Shown here piece by piece: positions 20,929 through 28,067 of a stretch of 64,000 nucleotides of DNA; within the stretch, counting starts at the first letter, position 1; each line of letters opens with the position of its first letter. Source of the DNA: Candidatus Woesearchaeota archaeon (lineage in GTDB: Archaea; Nanobdellota; Nanobdellia; UBA10117; JABICX01); contig JABICX010000010.1 of assembly GCA_018652045.1 (NCBI GenBank), positions 114 through 64,113 of the forward strand. The letters run 5' to 3'. Made by a program: the position numbers and the translations under genes. A model generated the notes under the pieces. The model saw only the letters and a list, made by a program, of their open reading frames with translations. It did not search any database and had not been told where the DNA came from.

Positions 20929-21181
20929 TTTCGTCTTCTGAGATTATTACAAAGTCGCCAACAGATATAACTGAACTAAATGGAACTAACAGTCCGCCAT
21001 CTCTTGCTTTCTCAAGATTCAGGGTGCCTGCAAACTCAGTTGCATTATCTAGTAAAAGATAGATTAACTCACCAGTACGTGTCTCAAAGACTAGATCGCC
21101 GACGAGACCGAACTTCTTACCGGATTTTGAGACGATGGTTTTTCCAATAATCTCCATTGAATGCTTCTTATCTTCTGGCAT
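20921..21181 (-). CDS. PRC-barrel domain protein
   Basis: 86 aa. GKTIVSKSGKKFGLVGDLVFETRTGELIYLLL is the PRC-barrel pattern. Paralogous in type to 19146..19415. Confidence 0.7.
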   Translation of the reverse strand: MPEDKKHSMEIIGKTIVSKSGKKFGLVGDLVFETRTGELIYLLLDNATEFAGTLNLEKARDGGLLVPFSSVISVGDFVIISEDEII

Positions 21182-21289
21182 ACTGAATTATGCGTCCAAC
21201 CTATTAAATAATTTTCTATCGCCTGCAGTACAATTATTGAAAATCTTTTTACGAGATTTTCAATTCCGCAAAGTGATTATCACTGGGCG

Positions 21290-21421
21290 TTAGGCCAATT
21301 GAGAATGTAATCCTTTGATCAAAAGAAGTGCCAAAACACCGTACTTAAGCCACGAGACAGACACGTCTGAGAATGCTACAAAGCCTACTGCAAACAAATC
21401 AACGATTCCATAAATATGCAT
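21290..21421 (-). CDS. small membrane protein B (43 aa), not in the ORF track
   Basis: Hand translation: MHIYGIVDLFAVGFVAFSDVSVSWLKYGVLALLLIKGLHSQLA. Paralogue of the ORF immediately upstream. Its ATG shares one base with that ORF's TAA (TAATG). Confidence 0.45.
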   Translation of the reverse strand: MHIYGIVDLFAVGFVAFSDVSVSWLKYGVLALLLIKGLHSQLA

Positions 21422-21561
21422 TATGCCGTCACGGAAGGAACTCCTTTGAATACTAAGCCTAAGATAATCACTATCTTTAACCAGTTTAGCCAGCCAAAAT
21501 CTGAAAAGTAGAGTATACCTGCTGCGGCCAAATCTGCTGCACCATATATCTTAACTAGCAT
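21421..21561 (-). CDS. small membrane protein A (46 aa), not in the ORF track
   Basis: Hand translation: MLVKIYGAADLAAAGILYFSDFGWLNWLKIVIILGLVFKGVPSVTA. About 40% identical by eye to protein B (IYG..DL.A.G...FSD....WLK......L..KG..S..A). Confidence 0.45.
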   Translation of the reverse strand: MLVKIYGAADLAAAGILYFSDFGWLNWLKIVIILGLVFKGVPSVTA

Positions 21562-21610
21562 GTTTTTAGCTCATAAAATAAGCTTTTAAGCTTTTATATA
21601 CCGATAAAAT

Positions 21611-22099
21611 TCAGTATTTCATAACCTCTTTATCTATCAGCTCGAAGCTTACGCCTGCTTTAGCAAACATCTCTTTTGATTCCTTACTTCGACTGTAATC
21701 TTTCTTAGACACAACATGTTTTATTCCTGCGCTTATGATCAACATCGCACATACACTGCACGGAAACATTCGACAATACATTGTTGCACCATCACAAGAG
21801 ATTCCGTACTTCGCGCACTGCACGATAGCATTTTGCTCAGCATGAATTGTTCTCACGCAATGCTCCGTTACCATGCCGGTTTCGTCTGCAGCCTTTCGCA
21901 TAAGATGCCCAACTTCATCACAATGCGGGAGACCGGCTGGAGCTCCAACATATCCAGTAGCAAGTATGCGTTTATCTTTCACAATAATACAACTAGTCTT
22001 ACCTCGATCACATGTAGCTCGCTTAGCAACTGCTTCGCAAAGCTCTAGAAAGTACACATCCCAACTAGGTCGAACCATGATTATATTTGTGTGAGTCAC
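21611..22099 (-). CDS. deoxycytidylate (dCMP) deaminase
   Basis: Zinc motifs HAEQNAI and PCSVCAMLI. 162 aa. N-terminal WDVYFLELCEAVAKRATC is typical of dCMP deaminase/ComEB. Confidence 0.85.
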   Translation of the reverse strand: MTHTNIIMVRPSWDVYFLELCEAVAKRATCDRGKTSCIIVKDKRILATGYVGAPAGLPHCDEVGHLMRKAADETGMVTEHCVRTIHAEQNAIVQCAKYGISCDGATMYCRMFPCSVCAMLIISAGIKHVVSKKDYSRSKESKEMFAKAGVSFELIDKEVMKY

Positions 22100-22134
22100 T
22101 CTTTAAGAATTTGTAAAGTTTACTAAACAATAAT

Positions 22135-22470
22135 ATGAAAAAGCTGCTTTGCTTAGCACTGGTGTTTAGTTTAATTGGCTTATGTTCTCTAATTTTTCTT
22201 GCAGAATACGCTGAACTTGAAAGAGTTGCGGTTAAAGATTTAGCAAGCAAAGTTGGGCGGAGAGTTATTATATCTGGTAAGGTTATAACAACCGATCAAA
22301 GAAGTACTGTAAATTTTTTTGAATTAAAAGACCAAACTGGACAAACAAAGGTTGTTGCTTTTAGTAAAATACAAAAGATCGCGCTAAACTCGCAAATCAT
22401 CGTTAAGGGTAAGGTCTCAGTTTACAAAGGTGATTTAGAAATAATTGCAGATTGGATTGAAAATGTTTGA
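22135..22470 (+). CDS. membrane-anchored OB-fold (tRNA_anti-like) nucleic-acid-binding domain protein
   Basis: N-terminal signal/anchor MKKLLCLALVFSLIGLCSLIFL, then an OB-fold pattern (VIISGKVIT...FELKDQTGQTKVVAF...IVKGKVSVYKGDLEI). Confidence 0.6.
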   Translation: MKKLLCLALVFSLIGLCSLIFLAEYAELERVAVKDLASKVGRRVIISGKVITTDQRSTVNFFELKDQTGQTKVVAFSKIQKIALNSQIIVKGKVSVYKGDLEIIADWIENV

Positions 22471-23665
22471 AATTATATTTATGATTTTGTTTGGAATCTG
22501 TGTCGGTACTTTAACTGGTTTAGTTCCAGGATTGCACACAAATACCGTTGCAATAATTATTACAGGTGGTGCTGTAACACTTGTAAGGTGGTTTTCGCCG
22601 CTCGAAGTTGCTGCATTTCTAATTACACTCGTTGTTATTCATTCGTTTGTGGATTTTATTCCATCGATTTTTTTAGGTGCGCCCGAAGACGCTACGGTTT
22701 TAAGTGTGCTTCCAGGTCATGAGCTTCTCATGAAAGGTGTAGGTTTTCGTGCACTTAAACTTACAGTTATTGGTGGTATAGGTACGTTTTTCATAGGGTT
22801 ATTTTTAATCCCGTTCATGTTTATATTATTACAACGAATCGAACCGCACTTAAGTCAAATTATTGCGCCAGTCTTAATCATTTTTTCAGTTCTATTTATC
22901 CTGCAAGAAAGCACTAACAAGAAACGAGTATGGGCGACAATAATCTTTTTGCTAGCAGGGACACTTGGTTTGATTACATTGAATCATCTTTCAATTAAGC
23001 AACCACTTTTTCCGTTACTTTCAGGTTTGTTTGGAATGAGTACGTTACTCTTAAGTCTATTCAACAAAAAACGTATACCAAAACAAACACTCTGTGAAAA
23101 ATTACCTCTTGTCTCTCGAAAGCACTTGTTAGCATATTGGAAAGCAGGAGTATCTTCACTCATTGTATCCATATTACCTGCAATAGGAGCTGCGCAAGCA
23201 GCAGTAATTTCCAGAGCATTTACTAAGTTCAAGGAGCATGAAGATTTTTTAATCGTACTTGGTGGGATTAATACTGCTGCAGCATTATTCACATTAACTA
23301 CTCTTTTTTTATTAGGTAAAGCAAGAACGGGTGTTATCGCAGCACTTGATGAAATTATCGAACTAAGTTTTTCAGATTACTTAATCCTACTCGTAATCGG
23401 TTTTAATGCGATGATTTTTGGTGCAGCAATTACATTAAAAATTGGACGAATTGCTGCAAAGAACATTACACAAATAAACTACCATTTGATATCAATTAGT
23501 GTGCTTGGGCTTTTGATTCTTATGTCACTTATTTTCACCGGTTTACTTGGACTTTGGATATTATTTGTATCGGGCTGTATTGGTCTACTCGCCCCACTCG
23601 TAGGTGTTAAAAGAATCCATTTAATGAGTGTTTTAGTTGTTCCGGTTGTGATATATTATATCTAA
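22463..23665 (+). CDS. TctA-like (DUF112) polytopic membrane protein
   Basis: About 10-12 TM segments. GLVPGLHTNT and LPAIGAAQAAV resemble TctA/DUF112 (COG1784). The track start at 22445 is TTG. The ATG at 22463 (MFEIIFMILFG) overlaps the upstream stop by 8 nt. Confidence 0.6.
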   Translation: MFEIIFMILFGICVGTLTGLVPGLHTNTVAIIITGGAVTLVRWFSPLEVAAFLITLVVIHSFVDFIPSIFLGAPEDATVLSVLPGHELLMKGVGFRALKLTVIGGIGTFFIGLFLIPFMFILLQRIEPHLSQIIAPVLIIFSVLFILQESTNKKRVWATIIFLLAGTLGLITLNHLSIKQPLFPLLSGLFGMSTLLLSLFNKKRIPKQTLCEKLPLVSRKHLLAYWKAGVSSLIVSILPAIGAAQAAVISRAFTKFKEHEDFLIVLGGINTAAALFTLTTLFLLGKARTGVIAALDEIIELSFSDYLILLVIGFNAMIFGAAITLKIGRIAAKNITQINYHLISISVLGLLILMSLIFTGLLGLWILFVSGCIGLLAPLVGVKRIHLMSVLVVPVVIYYI

Positions 23666-23689
23666 AATAAAAATAAAGAAGAAAGGTGT

Positions 23690-25033
23690 TTAGCTACACC
23701 TTCCACTACTACACGTCTCGTTCCATCGACAAAACATCATTGTTGTATTTGCATAATTTCCTGAACAAAACTGCTCATTAACTACACTTGAATTAAAACA
23801 AGTATCTGTTTCGCTATAAGTTTCTCCTGAAACATATCCACTTACAGTTCCAGTTATATATTCATATATACCATTGTCTGTGTCTGAACACGAGTCTGCA
23901 GGTGAATCACAGGATCCACTTGTACATCCATATGTACAAGATTCAATAAGTTGGGTAGTTACAGCTGAGTCACACTCTCCACTTGAACAATAATAGTCCG
24001 TACTATCTCGATAGACATCGCCACTAGAACAATAGTTGCTACCAGAGTAATCTGTTCCGCAACTCTGTTGTGAATGCGCATCTAAATCACCTAGACAATA
24101 ATACTCCACAATGCTAGTTGAACCTACACAATAGTCACTTCTACTATATGGGTTGTTGTTACGATATCCGGAAACTGTACCGTAAGTAGTGCTAGTGTTT
24201 CCACCATCGGTATCAGAACAAGAATCTGACATTATATCACATTCGCCCGACGTACATCCATATGCGCAAGATTCTACGATGTAAGGTGTTGTTGTATTTG
24301 CACAACCTCCAGAATTACAGTAAAAGTTGTTGTAGTTGTGATAGACATCACCATCTGAACAATAATCTGCACCATAGTTATCTAAATCATCACAGTCTGT
24401 TTGTAGTTGAGCAGTTACTGAATTATCACATTCACCATTTGAACAAAAGTAATCTGTAACATCTTGATAGATTTCGTTTCCAGAACAGTAATTGCTACCT
24501 GTTGAATCCGTTCCGCAACTCTGTTGTGTACTATATGCTGCGTTTCCAGAACAATAGTACTCTCTTACGTTACTTGAATCTGCACAATAATCATTGCTGC
24601 TATAGGCATTATCATTTAGATAGCCCGAAACAGTACCGTATGTTCCAATTACACTACCACCATCGGTGTCTGAACACGAATCGCACTGACCACAGTCGTT
24701 TGAACATGAACTACAGCTTTCACCTGCATCACAGGTTCCGTCGCCACAATAACTACTTGGTCCGCAATCTGCTGAGCAAGAACTACTGTCTTCACCACCT
24801 TCACATTCACCATCTCCACAATTAGTCTCATCTTTGTCTTTTCGGTTACTACATCCATCATCATCCATATCGGTGTAGCCGTCACCATCGTTATCAATTT
24901 TATCATTACATTCAGGTTTTGAGCCGCCTCCGCCTCCGCCGCCACCTTTCTTTTCAGCAACAGCAACTCCTGTCAGTAATATACATGCTATAAATATAGC
25001 AAAAACTAAAGAATACTTTCCATTTTTATTCAT
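23690..25033 (-). CDS. secreted cysteine-rich repeat protein
   Basis: Probable start MNKNGKYSLVFAIFIACILLTGVAVA (signal peptide) at 25033. Next come a Gly8 linker, a CNDKIDNDGDGYTDMDDDGC acidic Ca-binding-like motif, two CGDGxC..E..C..DCG units, then three CSDTD(G/N)G...GTVSGY...C modules. Confidence 0.75.
   Translation of the reverse strand: MNKNGKYSLVFAIFIACILLTGVAVAEKKGGGGGGGGSKPECNDKIDNDGDGYTDMDDDGCSNRKDKDETNCGDGECEGGEDSSSCSADCGPSSYCGDGTCDAGESCSSCSNDCGQCDSCSDTDGGSVIGTYGTVSGYLNDNAYSSNDYCADSSNVREYYCSGNAAYSTQQSCGTDSTGSNYCSGNEIYQDVTDYFCSNGECDNSVTAQLQTDCDDLDNYGADYCSDGDVYHNYNNFYCNSGGCANTTTPYIVESCAYGCTSGECDIMSDSCSDTDGGNTSTTYGTVSGYRNNNPYSRSDYCVGSTSIVEYYCLGDLDAHSQQSCGTDYSGSNYCSSGDVYRDSTDYYCSSGECDSAVTTQLIESCTYGCTSGSCDSPADSCSDTDNGIYEYITGTVSGYVSGETYSETDTCFNSSVVNEQFCSGNYANTTMMFCRWNETCSSGRCS
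23693..24676 (-). repeat. three tandem coding repeats (about 456, 330 and 198 nt) inside the Cys-rich protein gene
   Basis: Protein modules start at residues 120, 272 and 382 with CSDTDGG/CSDTDNG. Similarity is visible at DNA level, e.g. ...accatcggtatcagaacaagaatc... near 24205 versus ...accatcggtgtctgaacacgaatc... near 24660. Confidence 0.7.
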
Positions 25034-25141
25034 ATATTCCACCAAAACAGCGAGTTGGTTATTTATTATAAAAAATTCTATCATCAAACAAACACTACTC
25101 ATGATACAAATCTTTTTATTAATTGTTATAGGGTTTATAGT

Positions 25142-25735
25142 ATGAACTTTGAAGGGTTTGCTAAAGATCTTACAGTGATAGCTGGAGATCAGGACTTATT
25201 TAGTAACCCTGTTTTAACTGACGAAGCAACAGCTAGATTCCAAGCAGGTAAAGCATATTCTGCAAAATGGAACATAGCCCTACATCAACACTTACTAGGA
25301 CGTGAGCTAAAAAATTACTCTATTGGATTTCAAGTAGAAAATATGGACGATGAAGATGTACTGCTATCGGATAAATTAGGATTTCTGCTTGAAATGCATC
25401 CGTCACCATCAGAACTTGTAACATCGGTAGAACGAAATCGCGTACGTACTCAAGTTGAAGCGCTAGCTAATGAACGTGATGAAGGTAATCTACTTCACAT
25501 AATGCACATGTACATCAAACCATTCCATAGACAAATACCTGTTATCTCCGTAGGTGGAGAGATAAACGTAGCACCTAAACCTGAAAATCTACGCACCTAC
25601 GTAGTTGCATTAGACTATGCTGTCAATGTTATGGGTTGGATCTTTGCAAGTGTAGATAAATTAGACGTTCGACGTAATCGTGATATAAAAAATGCAGTAT
25701 TAGATGTAATAAATGATACTAAAGCGTCTGGATAA
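25142..25735 (+). CDS. hypothetical protein (197 aa)
   Basis: ORF with ATG at 25142 (MNFEGFAKDL). The track start at 25055 is TTG and lies inside the divergent promoter region. No family recognised. Confidence 0.5.
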   Translation: MNFEGFAKDLTVIAGDQDLFSNPVLTDEATARFQAGKAYSAKWNIALHQHLLGRELKNYSIGFQVENMDDEDVLLSDKLGFLLEMHPSPSELVTSVERNRVRTQVEALANERDEGNLLHIMHMYIKPFHRQIPVISVGGEINVAPKPENLRTYVVALDYAVNVMGWIFASVDKLDVRRNRDIKNAVLDVINDTKASG

Positions 25736-26150
25736 GACCTCTTTGTTGTTGTGAGATTATCTGTAAACCTTTAGCTGTAAGGTAATAGTTCTTTGGTTTT
25801 AGTCCAATACTAGATACAAGGTTCATTAGCTCTAAAGAAGTGAGCTTGTCACGGATTGTACGTTCAGTCTTATTTATTGAGAACGCTTGCTTAAGTTTAG
25901 ACGCAGATACTGAAAAATCAGGTGTTGTGGCCTTACTTTGATTCAAAAGAACTAAGAGTTGGAACTTCTCCAAAGGAACTGCTGTATTTGTATTGGAAAT
26001 CCTATCGGAAACTTCCGGTTTCTGATTTCCGTTACGTTCAATCGTGCGTTCCAGGAGTTTGATATAGCGTTCTTTCATCAGAGCTAGCTCTTTTTCTAAC
26101 TTTTCTATACGCTCGTTGGTTGCTGTTTTTTGTTGATCTTCTTGCTCCAT
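25719..26150 (-). CDS. coiled-coil plus C-terminal winged-helix-like DNA-binding protein
   Basis: Likely start MEQEDQQ at 26150. N-terminal heptad-rich region (IEKLEKELALMKERYIKLLERTIE). The C-terminal part (SINKTERTIRDKLTSLELMNLVSSIGLKPKNYYLTAKG) looks like a wHTH. Confidence 0.5.
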   Translation of the reverse strand: MEQEDQQKTATNERIEKLEKELALMKERYIKLLERTIERNGNQKPEVSDRISNTNTAVPLEKFQLLVLLNQSKATTPDFSVSASKLKQAFSINKTERTIRDKLTSLELMNLVSSIGLKPKNYYLTAKGLQIISQQQRGLIQTL

Positions 26151-26360
26151 GAAATATATCTTACCTTTTGGATTTTTATGGGTTTCCCTTTTCCAATACA
26201 CTTCCGATTTGTCAATTATGAGTGAAAACGGCTATATTTGCTGTTTTACCCCCCTATTTCGCATGGAACTGCCCCTTCCGTTAGCACCCGTCTATTTCCG
26301 TTGGAAAGTGTCATTTGAGTCAGGTAATGCGAAAAGTAACGGAAATTGGTTTCCGATAGG
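26001..26360. repeat. array of 8 TTCCG-core repeats, including a composite inverted repeat
   Basis: TTCCG/CGGAA cores lie at 26006-10(-), 26013-17, 26027-31, 26202-06, 26276-80, 26296-300, 26340-44(-) and 26351-55. GTTTCCGATAGG occurs at 26349-26360 and as the reverse complement at 26001-26012. ATTTCCGTTAC occurs at 26025-26035 and as the reverse complement at 26336-26346. Confidence 0.8.
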
Positions 26361-26362
26361 AA

Positions 26363-27097
26363 TCATAACAGTGTTGATTGTGCTGGTTTTTCGACTTTTA
26401 CTGGCTGATCTGGAACGTGGGTGGCTGATTTGTGTCCGTAACAAATATCCTTAAAATCACATAGTCTACAGAGGTAGCTTTCCTCGCGCTTAGGTGCAAC
26501 TCCGGTTTTAATCGCGTTTGTCAGGATAGTACCTCGCGCTTCAAGATAGGGTAAAACGTTTCGTGGAACTATATCAAAAGCTCGGATCTTATGCATGCTA
26601 AAGTAGATAACTTGAATCTTTTTGACTTTGGCTCGCTGCGCATCCGTAAGCATGGAATAGTATGCTTGCGCCTGTAAAATATGCGCCTCTTGCGGTGTTT
26701 CAGGTATATTTGCGGTGGTCTTAAATTCATATAAAACACCGTCATGTAAGGCATCTACAAACCCGATTGCGCTACATGTAGCGAACGGTGCGTCTAAGAA
26801 AAGTTCTATATCTTCGGGAGGCATATCTTTTTGTACCATCTCGTGGATCGCAGTTCCACGTGTGAATATCCACATCTTATCCAAAGTTCGAGCAACATCC
26901 TCAGTAAGATCGTAATAGGTTCGTCTAAGGCATCCACCAACTAAACGAGTAACTCCATATCGAGGTTTATCTCGTTTCTTGCGCTTCTTGTTACGCCCAC
27001 CTAACAGCATCTTAGTTATAATCTTTGGATAACACTTACTACATTCAATACATTCGTCGACCTCTTTTTCAGAACCATCTGGACAAAGAATTCGCAT
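26363..27097 (-). CDS. Cas4-like PD-(D/E)XK nuclease with 4Fe-4S cysteines and an N-terminal zinc ribbon
   Basis: N-terminal CPDG..x..CIECSKC. Cluster Cys in GGCLRRTYYDL. Nuclease core GTAIHE ... DALHDGVLYEFKT ... QAQAY. C-terminal CRLCDFKDIC (C-x2-C-x5-C). Confidence 0.75.
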   Translation of the reverse strand: MRILCPDGSEKEVDECIECSKCYPKIITKMLLGGRNKKRKKRDKPRYGVTRLVGGCLRRTYYDLTEDVARTLDKMWIFTRGTAIHEMVQKDMPPEDIELFLDAPFATCSAIGFVDALHDGVLYEFKTTANIPETPQEAHILQAQAYYSMLTDAQRAKVKKIQVIYFSMHKIRAFDIVPRNVLPYLEARGTILTNAIKTGVAPKREESYLCRLCDFKDICYGHKSATHVPDQPVKVEKPAQSTLL

Positions 27098-27183
27098 AAG
27101 AGAATCTACAGAAATAGGTTTAAGATCATTTATACTGTTGGGTAAACAAAAGGCTTTTTTAGTTTAGTGGGTTTGTATAGTTT

Positions 27184-28017
27184 ATGGATCGTGAGGAGTT
27201 TAAGTTACTAGTTGCTACAACTGTAGTTTTAGGATTTTGCTTTAGCTTTAGAGAATGGGGTGTTACTAACTTTGACTTTGGTTTCGGCTTCAAAAACTTT
27301 ATTCTTATAACTATCCTTGTTGGAATATCTATTGTGGTTCATGAATTAACTCATAATCATCTCGCTACTAAATATGGTACTGAGGTTAAGTTCAGAACCT
27401 GGAAGGCTTTACTTTTTGCAGCAGTTTTAATCACAATCATAACAAATGGTTATGTTATCTTTGCAGCGGTATGGGCTGTATCAATTGGCGGACGAGTTCT
27501 CCGACCACGACATAAGTATCCACATGTTGGTCCTTGGGAAAGTGCTAAGATCGCAGCTTCAGGTCCTATGGCAAACTTCTTCTTTGCATTACTATCTGCA
27601 GCCATAGCATTTAAAACAGGCAGCTACATATGGCACAAGCTTATGGTTATCAACTTCTGGATCGCTGGAATGAATCTTTTCCCATTTTTTAGAATCATAC
27701 CAATCTTACTGATGGGTGGTGGAAGTGACTGGCGAAACTTTACGCACCAAATGGGTAAAGCAGTGTGGTCAAAATCACAGGTTCCATATATGGAAGGAGA
27801 GGTTATCTTCTTTGGTTCGCCAATGTTTAATATGTTCTTACTGTTATTAGTTACTATCACTGCCGTGCTAGTTGTATCACTTAAGATGATCTTTACTGGA
27901 TTATTTATCGGACTCCTTATTGGAATTATCTATTGGATATACATGGAAAAGAATAAGGGTGAGTTGATACCTATTCCAAAGAACATGCGAGCGTGGAAAT
28001 GGGACATGTGGAAGTAA
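27184..28017 (+). CDS. membrane zinc metalloprotease (site-2 protease/M50-like)
   Basis: HExxH within a TM helix (VHELTHNHLA). Polytopic. NLFPFF-type second motif (GMNLFPFFRIIP). Confidence 0.65.
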   Translation: MDREEFKLLVATTVVLGFCFSFREWGVTNFDFGFGFKNFILITILVGISIVVHELTHNHLATKYGTEVKFRTWKALLFAAVLITIITNGYVIFAAVWAVSIGGRVLRPRHKYPHVGPWESAKIAASGPMANFFFALLSAAIAFKTGSYIWHKLMVINFWIAGMNLFPFFRIIPILLMGGGSDWRNFTHQMGKAVWSKSQVPYMEGEVIFFGSPMFNMFLLLLVTITAVLVVSLKMIFTGLFIGLLIGIIYWIYMEKNKGELIPIPKNMRAWKWDMWK

Positions 28018-28067
28018 TCTACTTCGAGAATACGAAATAATATAAAGTTGACTTTTGAACCACCATT

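Noticed and set aside
24923-24946. Gly8-coding GGC/GGA tract as a possible phase-variation (contingency) repeat
   Set aside because: It is not a homopolymer. It is built of mixed GGN codons with at most about 3 hexanucleotide units, so any slippage would be in-frame and would only change linker length.
24262-24966. Three ORFs (65, 107 and 105 aa) inside or antisense to the Cys-rich protein gene
   Set aside because: They are by-products of the biased, repetitive codon content of that gene (His/Asn/Leu-rich or Val/Thr-rich strings). They have no independent start context.
25034-25141. N-terminal extensions of both divergent ORFs (track starts 25102 minus and 25055 plus, which overlap each other)
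   Set aside because: The minus-strand gene has a canonical signal peptide starting at the ATG at 25033. The plus-strand ORF's track start is a TTG, with a clean ATG at 25142. The extensions would make the two genes overlap across their own promoter region.
26149-26454. 101-aa plus-strand ORF across the TTCCG repeat array
   Set aside because: It spans an intergenic repeat region and runs into the 3' end of the Cas4-like gene on the opposite strand. It has odd composition (Phe/Leu/Pro/Trp) and no motif. The region is better explained as regulatory or iteron DNA.
25142-27183. CRISPR array or cas operon associated with the Cas4-like gene
   Set aside because: No repeat-spacer periodicity and no other cas-like ORFs appear anywhere in the window. 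The only local repeats are the short TTCCG sites, which lack regular spacing.
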